The notes under the pieces were generated by a model. The model was not told the origin of the DNA, searched no databases, and worked only from the letters and a program-made list of their open reading frames with translations. Shown here one piece after another: positions 43,464-55,672 of a stretch of 64,000 nt of DNA. The DNA is from an uncultured Acidobacteriota bacterium (GTDB lineage Bacteria > Acidobacteriota > Thermoanaerobaculia > Gp7-AA8). Both the position numbers and the translations under genes were made by a program. The stretch spans positions 416,001-480,000 of the forward strand of contig CAWGHO010000003.1 in assembly GCA_963822445.1 (NCBI GenBank), written 5' to 3'. The number at the start of each line of letters is the position of its first letter. Position 1 is the first letter of the stretch.

Positions 43464-43817
43464 TCAGGAATGCCGGACATTCTTCCGGCGATACTCATCC
43501 GGGGACATCGACGTCCCGCGCCGGAACGCGCGGTACAGCGTGCGCCGCGTCCCGAAGCCGCAGAGGTAGGCGATCCGGGTCGTGGAGAGATCGGATCCGG
43601 ACAGCAGCGCCTGCGCGTGGGCGAGCTGCCGCTGTTTGAGGTACGCCGACAGCTGCACGCGGTATGCGGCGGCGAACGCGCGACTGAGCTTCTCTCGCGA
43701 GATGCCCAGCACCACGGCCAGCTCCGATACACGCGGCGGCTCTTCGGTGGCGAAGCAGCGGTCCAGATACTGCTCCACCGCCTCCCGGAGGTCCGACACG
43801 CAGGAGAAAGAGTACAC
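43464..43817 (-). CDS. AraC-type HTH protein (DNA-binding domain only)
   Basis: ELAVVLGISREKLSRAF...IAYLCGFGTRRTLYRAFRR..MSPDEYR. Confidence 0.85.
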   Translation of the reverse strand: MYSFSCVSDLREAVEQYLDRCFATEEPPRVSELAVVLGISREKLSRAFAAAYRVQLSAYLKQRQLAHAQALLSGSDLSTTRIAYLCGFGTRRTLYRAFRRGTSMSPDEYRRKNVRHS

Positions 43818-43867
43818 GCCTCGCCGTGAGTGGGGGCAAACGCTACTTTGCGTAGAATCGCGGGTTC

Positions 43868-45040
43868 ATGCGACGAGCCGTGCTCACCATCGCCGCGGCC
43901 GTCGTGGCCCTCCTTGCGCTCCGCCATTTCTGGCTTCAGCACGAGCGCGCGGCCGGTCTCGACTTCTACATCTACTTCGTCGCGGGCCAGCTCGCGGCGC
44001 GCGATGACATCGAGAACGTCTACGCCCCTGAGATTCAGGAACGGGTGGGGGAGGAGTATTACGAGCGCGCGCTGAGGAGCGGCTCGGAGATCCGCAAGTA
44101 CGACGCGAATCGCCGGCGCCGCCTCGACAACGTCTCCAGCCCGTTTCTCTACTCGACGATGCGCTGGGTGAGCCGCGATTACGAGCGCGCGCTCCGGCAG
44201 TACCACGTGCTCGTCCTCGTCGCATTCATCGGCGGTGTGCTGATGATCTGCAGGCGCGCAGCTGTGCCCTGGTGGGCCGCGCTGCTGCTCGTCGCGGCGC
44301 TGTTGTTCCTGTATCGAGGGTTCGAAGCCGATCTGCGCGTCGGCAACGTGAACTCGCTGCAGCTCTTCGCGCTGGCGGTGGCGTTCTGGAGTCCGCCGAT
44401 GCTCGCCGGCGCGATTCTGGGGATGCTGCTCTGCTTCAAGCCGAACCTCATCGTCGTCGCGTTATTGCTCGCGATCTCGCACGACCGGAAGCGCCTCACG
44501 CGCGAGACGATCGGCGGTGCGATCGGCGCCGCGATCGCCATCGTCATCGGCGCGATCAGTTACGGACCGCGTGCGTGGATCGACTGGGTCACGGCAGCGA
44601 ATCAGTTCTGGCATCGCCTGCCGACGCGCGCCGAACGCAACGTCACGCCGTTCCTCGAGCTCTTTCTCGAGTACGGCGAATGGCTGAGCTACGTCATCGC
44701 GGCGGTGCTGTTCGCCGCGGTGGTCGCCGTTCTTCGGCGCAGCAAACGGCAGGATGACGTGCTCGTTGCGGGTCTGGGCATCCTCATCTATCTGCTGTCC
44801 GCGACCGTGGTCTGGCTGCACTACATGGTGCTCGTCCTGCCGATTGCGATCGCGTTGATGCGCGATCGACGGACGGCGGTTATTGCCGTGCTCGCGCTGC
44901 TCGCGATCGCCGAGGAGCCGTTCGAGATGCTGTTCCGCGTGCCGGTTTATCCGAATGATGCGAGGTTGATCGGGCCGGCGTTGCTGGCGTTGTTCCTTTG
45001 CGGTTTGTGGACGCTACACCGCCGCCCAGCCACCGTCTGA
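43868..45040 (+). CDS. Glycosyltransferase family 87 (DUF2029)-like membrane protein
   Basis: LDFYIYF, GNVNSL, FKP, VWLHY; polytopic. Confidence 0.7.
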   Translation: MRRAVLTIAAAVVALLALRHFWLQHERAAGLDFYIYFVAGQLAARDDIENVYAPEIQERVGEEYYERALRSGSEIRKYDANRRRRLDNVSSPFLYSTMRWVSRDYERALRQYHVLVLVAFIGGVLMICRRAAVPWWAALLLVAALLFLYRGFEADLRVGNVNSLQLFALAVAFWSPPMLAGAILGMLLCFKPNLIVVALLLAISHDRKRLTRETIGGAIGAAIAIVIGAISYGPRAWIDWVTAANQFWHRLPTRAERNVTPFLELFLEYGEWLSYVIAAVLFAAVVAVLRRSKRQDDVLVAGLGILIYLLSATVVWLHYMVLVLPIAIALMRDRRTAVIAVLALLAIAEEPFEMLFRVPVYPNDARLIGPALLALFLCGLWTLHRRPATV

Positions 45041-46057
45041 CGCCGACCGCCGCGCGGCATCGAGCACGCGCTGCTGTATCAACCCATCCTCGAACGTTGC
45101 CGCCGGCGCGAGGGCCGAGCGATCGCCATCGTCGAGCGCGGCTCTCAAAGCTCGGCCCAGGTGGAGGGTGCCGGTGCCGAAGGCTCCGCCGTGGGAGTTG
45201 CCGGGGCGCTTGGCCATTTCATCACCAGCGAAACGGGTGAACGGCGCGCCGCCCTTCGAGATGAGCACTTCTTCCCCGACGAAACGAAGCGCCCCCTCCT
45301 CGCCGTGAATGGTCATCACGCTGCTCTCGTCGGGTCCTCGCGAGACGGCGCTGAACGCCATCGAGACGACCGCGCCGCCGCGCATGCGGAAGTGAACCGA
45401 CGTCCAGTCGTCGACGGTGACTTCCCGCATCGCGCCTTCGAAGGGCCGCTCTTCGATCGTCGTCCGCATCAGCGCTTGTGCGGCCTCGAACTCCATTCCG
45501 AAGTAGCGCAGCGCATCGGCGAAGTGCGATCCGACCGCGCCCCAGATGCCGCCGCCGCGCCTGGCATCGCTCCACCAGTTCCACTCCCTCGACCGATCGC
45601 CGCGCGCCGGACTGGAGTAGCGAACCTCGGCATACCGGATCGGTCCGATCTCGCCCATCCGCTCGCGCGTTTCCCGCCAGGCCGGCAGGAAGCGCAGCTC
45701 GTGATCGATGACGGCGATCTGTTCGGGTCGCGCTTTGGCCGCGGCCATGAGCTCTTTCGCCTCGCCGGCGTTGATCGCGGTCGGCTTCTCGCAGATCACA
45801 TGCTTGCCGGCCTCGAGCGCGGCGAGGGTCATCTCCCGATGCTCGGACGGCGGGGTAGTCACGGAGACGAGGTCGACGTCGCTGGCAATCAGCTCCCGCC
45901 AGTCGTCGTAGGCCGGAAGGCCGAGTCCGGCTGCCAGCTCACGGGTCTTCGCGGTGTGAAACCCAGCAATCGCAACGACTTGCAGGCCGGCCTCGCGAAA
46001 CAGGGGAACCTGGACGCGCGTGCCCCAACCAGTCCCGACGATGCCCACTCTGGCCAT
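45014..46057 (-). CDS. Gfo/Idh/MocA family oxidoreductase
   Basis: VGIVGTGWG, AGKHVICEKP. Confidence 0.9.
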   Translation of the reverse strand: MARVGIVGTGWGTRVQVPLFREAGLQVVAIAGFHTAKTRELAAGLGLPAYDDWRELIASDVDLVSVTTPPSEHREMTLAALEAGKHVICEKPTAINAGEAKELMAAAKARPEQIAVIDHELRFLPAWRETRERMGEIGPIRYAEVRYSSPARGDRSREWNWWSDARRGGGIWGAVGSHFADALRYFGMEFEAAQALMRTTIEERPFEGAMREVTVDDWTSVHFRMRGGAVVSMAFSAVSRGPDESSVMTIHGEEGALRFVGEEVLISKGGAPFTRFAGDEMAKRPGNSHGGAFGTGTLHLGRALRAALDDGDRSALAPAATFEDGLIQQRVLDAARRSASDGGWAAV

Positions 46058-46096
46058 TAGTTGGCAGCTCCCTTGAGTAAGAAACGGTTAATAACT

Positions 46097-46603
46097 ATGC
46101 AGATGAGCCGAGGCAGACCCGATCTTATCGTCCCGATCAAGGATCGGAGACAGCACAAGCGCTACCTGACCGTGCGCAACGGCGCCATCGCCTTCGCCGT
46201 GGCGGTGATGCTGTTCCTCGGCATCAGCATCTACTCGGAGATCGGCCCGCGCGGCGGCGATACGTTCGGAAGCCTGCTCGAGCGGGAGATGCCGAAGCAG
46301 CACGAAGCGAAGCCGCCGGAAGTCGTGACGGAAGCCGGCGCGCCGATCGACGATCACTCCGCCCCCGATCCCATGCTCGTCGCCCCCGCGGCGCGCGAGC
46401 AATGGCTCCACGACTCGACCAGCGCCGCCGCATCCGCCGCCGCGACGATCGAGCCGGTCGCCGCGCCCGCGCCCATCACGCTGTCCCGCCGCAGCGCCGC
46501 TGCTGACACAAGCATCGCCATCGTCGGCGGTCCGGAAGGCGTAGTCGTGGTCGAACAGAAGAAGAAGCAGCCGTTGCTCACGGGTGGATTCGGAAGGCAG
46601 TAA
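46097..46603 (+). CDS. Hypothetical membrane-anchored protein
   Basis: Single TM helix followed by an Ala/Pro-rich region. Confidence 0.65.
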   Translation: MQMSRGRPDLIVPIKDRRQHKRYLTVRNGAIAFAVAVMLFLGISIYSEIGPRGGDTFGSLLEREMPKQHEAKPPEVVTEAGAPIDDHSAPDPMLVAPAAREQWLHDSTSAAASAAATIEPVAAPAPITLSRRSAAADTSIAIVGGPEGVVVVEQKKKQPLLTGGFGRQ

Positions 46604-46614
46604 AACCTTCGACG

Positions 46615-48939
46615 CTACCGAACGGCGCGACGACGCGGTGCGTTGACGACGACGTCCTCCGAGTATGGTCCCGGGCCTCCGTCGTTGAACGCTCGGATCC
46701 GGAACGAGGCGCGAGCGCCACGCTCCGAGAGACGCACCTTGACGGAATGCTCACCGCGGTCAAACCAACGCTCGATTTCGTTCCAGGCGCCGTCACCGAT
46801 GCGTGCTTCCACGCGATAGCCGTTCACGGTGTCCGGAGGCGCGCTCCAGGTCAGGACCACCTCGTCCGGTTCAGGAGCGAAAGCGGCGAGCGTTGGACGC
46901 CCTGCCGGTTCGGGAAGGGCATCAACGCTACCGAGGGCCAGCATCAATCGCGCGCCACCGAAAAACGGTGCGTCGTTGTTGACTTGCGTGACGGCGTACC
47001 CGAGGCGAGACCCGATGGGCACCATCTGCAGTCCGTCGCCCGCGACAGGTTCCTCCCGGGCCGCTTCGGTGGTGGTTCCGCCGCTGTCGAGCGTCACGAA
47101 TCGGCGCGAGGAGCGTGGCCATGGCGATTCGGTCCAGCTCACGGCGACCTGGCCTTCGACCGCCGCGGCCCTGACCTCGCGCGGTTCACCGATGAAAGAC
47201 GTCGCGGGGGCAAGATCGATGACGCCGCCGGAGCGGCGTCCGTCGCGAGAAACGCGCGTCGCGTAAACACCGCGGGGCCACGTACTGGCGAAGACGACGA
47301 CGTAATCCTCACCGGTCCAGACCACGTCCGTCACCGCCGGATAATCGATCTCACCAATGCGCCGAGGGCCTTCGTCCAACAGATCGAGGTTCGGTCCGAG
47401 CCGAAATGCATACACGCGCGGGCTCTCCTGCCAGGCCACGAGCGTGTTGCGGCCATCGGAACCGATCCGCGGATAGCCGGCCCAGTAGCTGCTTGTTCTG
47501 TGGATCTGCACGATGACCGGCACCGAAAACGTGGAATCGACGGTGAACGCGGTGATCTGCTGCCCGCGGGTTCCGACGGCGACGTATCGCGAGCCGTTCC
47601 ACGCCACGTCGGTGATGACGTAATCAGGCCCGGTCAGCCTGACGGGCACACCACGCTGGCGGCCATCGGCGAGCAGGCGATGCGCCACCCATCCCCAGCC
47701 GGGACTATTGCCGACCACGATGAACTCGTCGCCGTTACTGGCCGCGACGATTCCGGTCATCCCGTTGGCGATTACCTGCTCGTTCCACGCACCGGCGTGC
47801 GTGCGGACGCCGGAGAAGACCTGGGAGCCTTCCGTCCAGATGAAGAGCGTCCCGCTCTCCGAGGAGGCGACGGCATGGAGGACCTGGTCCGTGGCGCGGT
47901 ATCCGGTCTCGAGCGGGCGTGCTTCCGTGCGCAGTTCTCGAACGGTTGCGGGTCCATCGAGCGCCGCGGTCAGGAGCATGAGCCGTCCGCCAAACGACAG
48001 AAGTCGAATGCGTGTGGTTCCCGGCGCCGACAGCAACTCGGGAGCCGCCATCATGGCTCCCTTCGTCGAGAGATGGCCGAACAGAATTTGCGTTGCCTCG
48101 CTGCGGTAGGCGACTGCGTATCCGTCGCCGATCCAGGCCAGGCCGCCGAGCCACGACCGTCGCGCGCTATCCACCATGACGATCTCGCCGACCGCGCCGT
48201 TTGTCGTGATCGGCACGGCCACGACGTGGCTCGTTTGTTCGTCGCCAACGGCGAGGTAGTCCTCGCCGTCGGAAGCGATCGCCAGATTCGTCACTCTCAG
48301 GTTCACCTGATTACTCGACCTCGACACTCCGTTCCTGTCGAGAGTCTGAATCGAAACGTTGTAGTAGTTCGACGCCACCACTGCGAATCCATCGCCGTTG
48401 CTGGCGATGTCGTGGTCGCTCGGGTATGGCACCGACAAGTGTTCTCTCCCGATCGGGGTGCCTGCCACGTCCAACGTCAGCGCTTCGAGGCTGGCTCCGC
48501 GCACCACGAGGACGCTGACCGAACCGTTGAAGGCGAGCTTCGGCCCAGAGCCCGCGCTGATGAAGAACTGCTTCCTGACAGGGGTGCCGTCCCGTTCCAC
48601 CAGCGTGCCGGCGATCCCGCTTTCACCCGTGGCCACGACCAGGAAGTGAGTGCCGTTCCAGATCACCGCCGGATCGTTGCGGGTGCCTTCGAGCACCACC
48701 CGTGCGGTTCGCGCGGTCTTGCCGTCCGCGACCCGGGCCATGCTGATCGTGCCTCTCGTGCCGAAGAAGACGTAGGCGTCGACGCCATCGGTCGCGAGTA
48801 CGGCGTTCTCCGCCGCGGCGAGTCCGTAACGCGTGTTTCCCAGGGGAAAAAAGCTGCCGTGGACGCCGTCGGCGGCGCTCGCGACGCCGGATAGAGTAAG
48901 GAAGGCAGTCACGAGAAGGACGTGTAATTTCAATCGCAT
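46615..48939 (-). CDS. Secreted repeat protein with C-terminal fibronectin type III domain and RRRAVR tail
   Basis: Signal peptide; WNGxxY/F repeats; LTWSAP..NGYRVE..FRIRAFNDGGPGPYS FN3 pattern. Confidence 0.8.
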   Translation of the reverse strand: MRLKLHVLLVTAFLTLSGVASAADGVHGSFFPLGNTRYGLAAAENAVLATDGVDAYVFFGTRGTISMARVADGKTARTARVVLEGTRNDPAVIWNGTHFLVVATGESGIAGTLVERDGTPVRKQFFISAGSGPKLAFNGSVSVLVVRGASLEALTLDVAGTPIGREHLSVPYPSDHDIASNGDGFAVVASNYYNVSIQTLDRNGVSRSSNQVNLRVTNLAIASDGEDYLAVGDEQTSHVVAVPITTNGAVGEIVMVDSARRSWLGGLAWIGDGYAVAYRSEATQILFGHLSTKGAMMAAPELLSAPGTTRIRLLSFGGRLMLLTAALDGPATVRELRTEARPLETGYRATDQVLHAVASSESGTLFIWTEGSQVFSGVRTHAGAWNEQVIANGMTGIVAASNGDEFIVVGNSPGWGWVAHRLLADGRQRGVPVRLTGPDYVITDVAWNGSRYVAVGTRGQQITAFTVDSTFSVPVIVQIHRTSSYWAGYPRIGSDGRNTLVAWQESPRVYAFRLGPNLDLLDEGPRRIGEIDYPAVTDVVWTGEDYVVVFASTWPRGVYATRVSRDGRRSGGVIDLAPATSFIGEPREVRAAAVEGQVAVSWTESPWPRSSRRFVTLDSGGTTTEAAREEPVAGDGLQMVPIGSRLGYAVTQVNNDAPFFGGARLMLALGSVDALPEPAGRPTLAAFAPEPDEVVLTWSAPPDTVNGYRVEARIGDGAWNEIERWFDRGEHSVKVRLSERGARASFRIRAFNDGGPGPYSEDVVVNAPRRRAVR

Positions 48940-49007
48940 GCAGACAACTTATGCGATAACAGCATACGCGGCAACACACGATTTTGGTGGGGCCTACAAT
49001 TCCCCGC

Positions 49008-50459
49008 ATGTCGTATCCCATCTCCTTCGGCACCGACGGCTGGCGCGCCGTCATTGCCGACACTTTTACCTTCGACAACGTGAAGCTGGTCAGCGACGCC
49101 ATCGCCGTCGCGGCGCGGACGCTGAAGCCGCCCGCGGACGTCGACGCGAACGCGCTGATCGTCGGATTCGATCGCCGGTTTCTGTCGCGTGAATTCGCGG
49201 CGCTGGTCGCGGAGTCTCTGCGCGCGGCCGGATATCGCGTTCTGCTCTCCGATCGTCCCACGCCCTCCCAGACCATCTCCTTCACCGCCCGTCATCGCAA
49301 GCTCCTCGGCGGCGTCGTCGTCACGGCCAGTCACAACCCGGCCAACTACAACGGACTCAAATTCAAGGCGTGGTACGGCGGATCGGCGTTGCCCGAGACG
49401 TACGCGGCCATCGCGGCGAGCGTCGGAAAACGCGATGCGCGCGAAGGCGGCTCGATTGCCGAAGAGAACATCCTCGACGACTACCTCGACGCGGTACGCG
49501 CGCAACTCGATCTCGATCTGCTCAAGTCGGCGAAGCTGGCGATTCTGCACGACCCCATCCACGGCGCCGCGGCGACGCTGCCGTCGAAGATCCTCGGCAT
49601 CGATTACGTCGGCTCGCGGCGGATCCTCAATCGCGTCGAGCATCCTTTCGAGACCACCCTCATCGACGGCATTCGCGGAGACGTCAATCCCTCGTTCGGC
49701 GGCGTGAATCCCGAGCCGATTCCTGAGAATCTGGCGGCGTCCCGCAACGTGATGCTCTCCGGCGATTACGACCTGGCCATCTGCAACGACGGCGACGCCG
49801 ACCGGCTGGGCATCCTCGATGAGCGCGGCGAATTCGTCTCACCGCACAAGATCATTTCCCTGCTCGCGCTGTATCTCGTGCGGGAGAAGAAGCGCGAAGG
49901 GGAGATCGTGAAGACGTTCTCCACCACCCGGCTCATCGAGCGCGTCGCGAAATCCCTCGGCGCGACGCTGCACGAGACGCCGATCGGCTTCAAGTACGTC
50001 GCCGATCTGATGCTCGCCCGCAACGTCCTTGTCGGCGGGGAGGAGAGCGGCGGCATCGGCTTCGGCGCGTTCATGCCCGAGCGCGACGGCGTGCTCTCGG
50101 GCCTGCTCGTCGCGGAAGCGGTCGCGCATTACGGACTGCCGCTCTCCGACATCATCGCCAGGATGGAAAAGGAGTTCGGCGCGCTGCATTACGACCGCCG
50201 CGACGTCCGCCGTCCGATGGAACAGTGCGCGCGGCTGATCGAGCGCGTCCGCGCCGGCGAGCTCGATCGCACGTTCGGCGACGGCTTCGAATCCCGCGAG
50301 GAAACCGACGGCGTGAAGATCAACTTCGCCGACGGCTCGTGGATCCTCTTCCGCAAGTCCGGCACCGAGCCGCTCATCCGCATTTACTGCGAGAGCCTCG
50401 AGGCGGCGCGGGTGCAGTCGATGCTGGACCGGGCTGTTGAAGAGCTGGATCGCGTCTGA
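49008..50459 (+). CDS. Phosphoglucomutase/phosphomannomutase family protein
   Basis: FGTDGWR, TASHNP, DGDADR, GGEESGG, RKSGTEP. Confidence 0.93.
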   Translation: MSYPISFGTDGWRAVIADTFTFDNVKLVSDAIAVAARTLKPPADVDANALIVGFDRRFLSREFAALVAESLRAAGYRVLLSDRPTPSQTISFTARHRKLLGGVVVTASHNPANYNGLKFKAWYGGSALPETYAAIAASVGKRDAREGGSIAEENILDDYLDAVRAQLDLDLLKSAKLAILHDPIHGAAATLPSKILGIDYVGSRRILNRVEHPFETTLIDGIRGDVNPSFGGVNPEPIPENLAASRNVMLSGDYDLAICNDGDADRLGILDERGEFVSPHKIISLLALYLVREKKREGEIVKTFSTTRLIERVAKSLGATLHETPIGFKYVADLMLARNVLVGGEESGGIGFGAFMPERDGVLSGLLVAEAVAHYGLPLSDIIARMEKEFGALHYDRRDVRRPMEQCARLIERVRAGELDRTFGDGFESREETDGVKINFADGSWILFRKSGTEPLIRIYCESLEAARVQSMLDRAVEELDRV

Positions 50460-50475
50460 GGTAGGATTCGGGCCG

Positions 50476-52841
<2,366 letters not shown>

Positions 52842-52842
<1 letters not shown>

Positions 52843-53168
52843 TGCTCGCAAAGACTCCTGATCCGCCCTATTACGCCGTGATCTTCACGTCGCTGCGCAC
52901 GCCGGTCGCGGAGGGTTACGACGACATGTCCGCGAAGATGGTGGAGATGGCCGCGCAGCAGCCCGGCTTCCTCGGCGTGGAAAGCGCTCGCGGCGAAGAT
53001 GGCCTGGGCATCACCGTTTCGTACTGGGAGAGCGAAGAGGCCATTGCCAACTGGCGCGCCAACGCCGAGCATCGCGTCGCGCAGTCGCAGGGTCGCGAGC
53101 AGTGGTACACCGAGTTCGTGACACGCGTGGCCAAGGTCGAGCGCGCGCGGACGTTCGCCGCGGGCTGA
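52842..53168 (+). CDS. Antibiotic biosynthesis monooxygenase (ABM) family protein
   Basis: PPYYAVIFTS, QPGFLGVESAR, GITVSYW, EHRVAQ..GREQWY. Confidence 0.88.
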
Positions 53169-53181
53169 GGGGAAACGACCA

Positions 53182-53300
53182 GGGGCCTCCGGCGGGCCGG
53201 CACGGCCGGCAGCGCTGATGTTGGCGTAAACGCGACCCGCGCTGGCTACCGCGAGCTCGGCAGAAGGCACAATCAACGCTGCCGGCCGTGCCGGCCCGCC
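53182..53300. repeat. REP-like 33-bp inverted repeat whose right arm is interrupted by the IS (remainder at 54842-54850)
   Basis: 53182-53214 is the exact reverse complement of 53277-53300 joined to 54842-54850. Confidence 0.9.
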
Positions 53301-53560
53301 TATAGCTTGTCCGACCGTCTCTCCGCTTCTCCCTCAGCCTTCACAGAAATACCCGTTGCGTGGCGATCAGGAGAACCGAGTTCAGACGGCGCGATACTAA
53401 GAAGAAGGGTTCGTCCCGCTACGAATTCCGCCCGTGTTCGGATCGACGAATCCCTCCGGACTTTCGAGCGGGACGAAGTGCTTTGGCCCGAAACGCATTC
53501 TCAGATGCTGTCGGAGCACGACTCGACTATAGGCCTTGCGCGCGGCCAAAGCCAACCCGA
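53301..53560 (+). ncRNA. Putative IS110 bridge RNA in the non-coding left end
   Basis: Two stem-enclosed loops (53410-53477, 53480-53552) containing matches to the target and donor junctions. Confidence 0.8.
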
Positions 53561-53572
53561 AGGGAGGGTGTG

Positions 53573-54817
53573 ATGAGCGAGTTCGAGTTTGGGGCGTTGG
53601 TGGGACTGGATTGGGGTGACACATCGCACGAGGTGGCTCTTTGGGACGAGCAACAGCAGACGTGCACGAACGAGCGCATCGAGCACACGCCTGCGGCTCT
53701 GCGCGCATGGATCGAAGGCTCGGATGAAACGCCTCACGATACCGGGCTGCACTGCGTGGGTTGATCGGATACAACGTGACGAACGGATAGCCGCTGAGCG
53801 CGTCGAAGACCGCGCCGCGGGACTGCTCGATGGCCACGGCGATCGGTGCCCCGCCGAAGCGCGCCTGCAGCGCTTTCGAAAGACGATCCGACCGACGCGG
53901 CGTCCTTGCTCGACCTGCTCCGTAAGCACCGCAACGAGCTGCGCCCGTTCATCGCCGACGACGCTTCTACGCGTCTGCTGCGGCTTCTGACCGAGGATCG
54001 GCGGGAGCTCGTCGATCAGAGGACGCAACACGTCCAACGCATGACCGATCGGCTCAAGACGTACTACCCGCAGGCGCTCCGGTGGGCCGGCGCGTTGATT
54101 ACGGCGCAGGCCTGTGACTTCCTCGAACGCTGGCCGACGCTCGAGGCCATCCAAAGGGCTCGGCCGTCCGCGATACGGAGGTTCTATGCGGGTCATCATC
54201 ACGCGGCCGCGTGGATCGACCAGAAGCTCGCCGAGATCCGTTCAGAGGTCGCGTTCCACGACGATCAGGTCACCACTGACGCTGCCGTGCTGCTGATCGG
54301 AAGCGAGGTTGCGCAGATCCGGGCCCTCAACGCGAGCATCGCCACGTACGACCAGAAGATCTCGGCGGCGTTCGCCGCCCACCAGGACGCGTCGATCTTC
54401 GCGAGCTTCCCTGGCGCCGGCCAACAGCTCGCGCCGCGGCTCGCCGCCGCCTTCGGGACCGATCGCAAGCGCTTCGGCAGCGCCGTCAACGTCGCCACCC
54501 GAAGCGGCATCGCCCCGGTTCTCCGCCGGAGCGGCAAAACGGCGGTCGTGCACATGCGCTGGGCCTGTCCGAAGTTCCTGCGTCAGACGTTCCATGAGTA
54601 CGCCCGCGTGTCGATCGGTCAGTCCGAATGGGCTCGAGCCTTCTACAAGCAGCAACGCGCGCGCGGACACAGCCACCACGAGGCTATCCGCACGCTCGCT
54701 TACCGCTGGATCCGCGTCCTTTACGCCTGCTGGAACAATCGCACCGTCTACGACGAAGCTCTCTATCTGCGGCAGCTCGCCACGCGAGGCTCAACCCTCG
54801 CCACAGCTGCTGCCTGA
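53573..54817 (+). pseudogene. IS110 transposase/recombinase disrupted by an internal inversion (53717-53873)
   Basis: GLDWG, KDDPTDA, SFPGAG and SGIAPV..SGK on +; AIEQSRG..INP on -; re-inversion gives an uninterrupted 414-aa ORF. Confidence 0.9.
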
Positions 54818-54863
54818 CTTGACAGGAAGGCTCAGATGTCCGGAGGCCCCACGGTCGTTCTCT

Positions 54864-55631
54864 CTAGCCCCGCACCCGCTGACCGCCCGTGTACACGTTG
54901 AAGCGCCCGTCGCGCACGAATCCGAGGAGCGTGAGGTTGAATTCGCTCGCGAGCTCGATCGCCAGCGAGGACGGTGCACCGACCGCGGCCAGGACCGCGA
55001 TGCGCGCGACCAGCGCCTTCTGCACGATCTCGAAACTGGTCCGGCCGCTGACGACCATCACCCGATCGGCGATGCTCGCGCCTTCGCGGAAAAACGAGCC
55101 GATCACTTTGTCGACGGCGTTGTGCCGGCCGATGTCCTCACGAATGCGGACGAGCTCACCGGTTGTCGTGAAGATCCCGGCGGCGTGAATCGCACCGGTG
55201 GCGTCGAATGCCTTCTGTGCGGCGCGGAGTGTTTCGGGCAGCGACGAGATGATGGCGGGGGAGACCCGCGCGTTCGATTCGATTGGCGTGAGGTGCACGC
55301 GCAACGCGTCGATCGAGACCTTGCCGCACACACCGCACGACGACGTCGAATAGAAATGGCGTTGCAGGCGCTGCAGATCGAGTTTTTCACGGGCCTCTAC
55401 GCGCACGATGTTCGATGAGCCCCAGTGACGGATCGACACGATTTCCGTGGCTGCTCTGAGAATCGATTCGGTGAACAGGAACCCCGCGGCCAGGTCGAAG
55501 TCCTCGCCGGGCGTTCGCAGGGTTACCGAGACGGGCTTCTCGCCGACACGGATCTCCAGCGGTTCCTCGACGGCGACGATGTCCTCGGCTTCGGTGGGGA
55601 CGCCTGCTTCGTATCGGGTGATGCGCGTCAT
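54864..55631 (-). CDS. fdhD: Formate dehydrogenase accessory sulfurtransferase FdhD
   Basis: EEPLEI, SSCGVCGK, EDIGRHNAVDK, SGRTSFE, APSSLA. Confidence 0.95.
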   Translation of the reverse strand: MTRITRYEAGVPTEAEDIVAVEEPLEIRVGEKPVSVTLRTPGEDFDLAAGFLFTESILRAATEIVSIRHWGSSNIVRVEAREKLDLQRLQRHFYSTSSCGVCGKVSIDALRVHLTPIESNARVSPAIISSLPETLRAAQKAFDATGAIHAAGIFTTTGELVRIREDIGRHNAVDKVIGSFFREGASIADRVMVVSGRTSFEIVQKALVARIAVLAAVGAPSSLAIELASEFNLTLLGFVRDGRFNVYTGGQRVRG

Positions 55632-55672
55632 CGTTCGACATGCTAGTGGAGCACTCCATTAAACTCCCGCCC

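Larger units (their letters stand above)
53301..54841 (+). mobile_element. IS110-family insertion sequence (bridge recombinase element), CC core
   Basis: DEDD recombinase gene; CC at 53299-53300 and 54840-54841; removal restores the flanking palindrome; no terminal inverted repeats. Confidence 0.92.

Noticed and set aside
53715-53875. Inversion guided by the element's own bridge RNA
   Set aside because: Breakpoint sequences do not match the target (ggcccgCCggagg) or donor (cagatgtCCtatag) guides well; not supported, though not excluded
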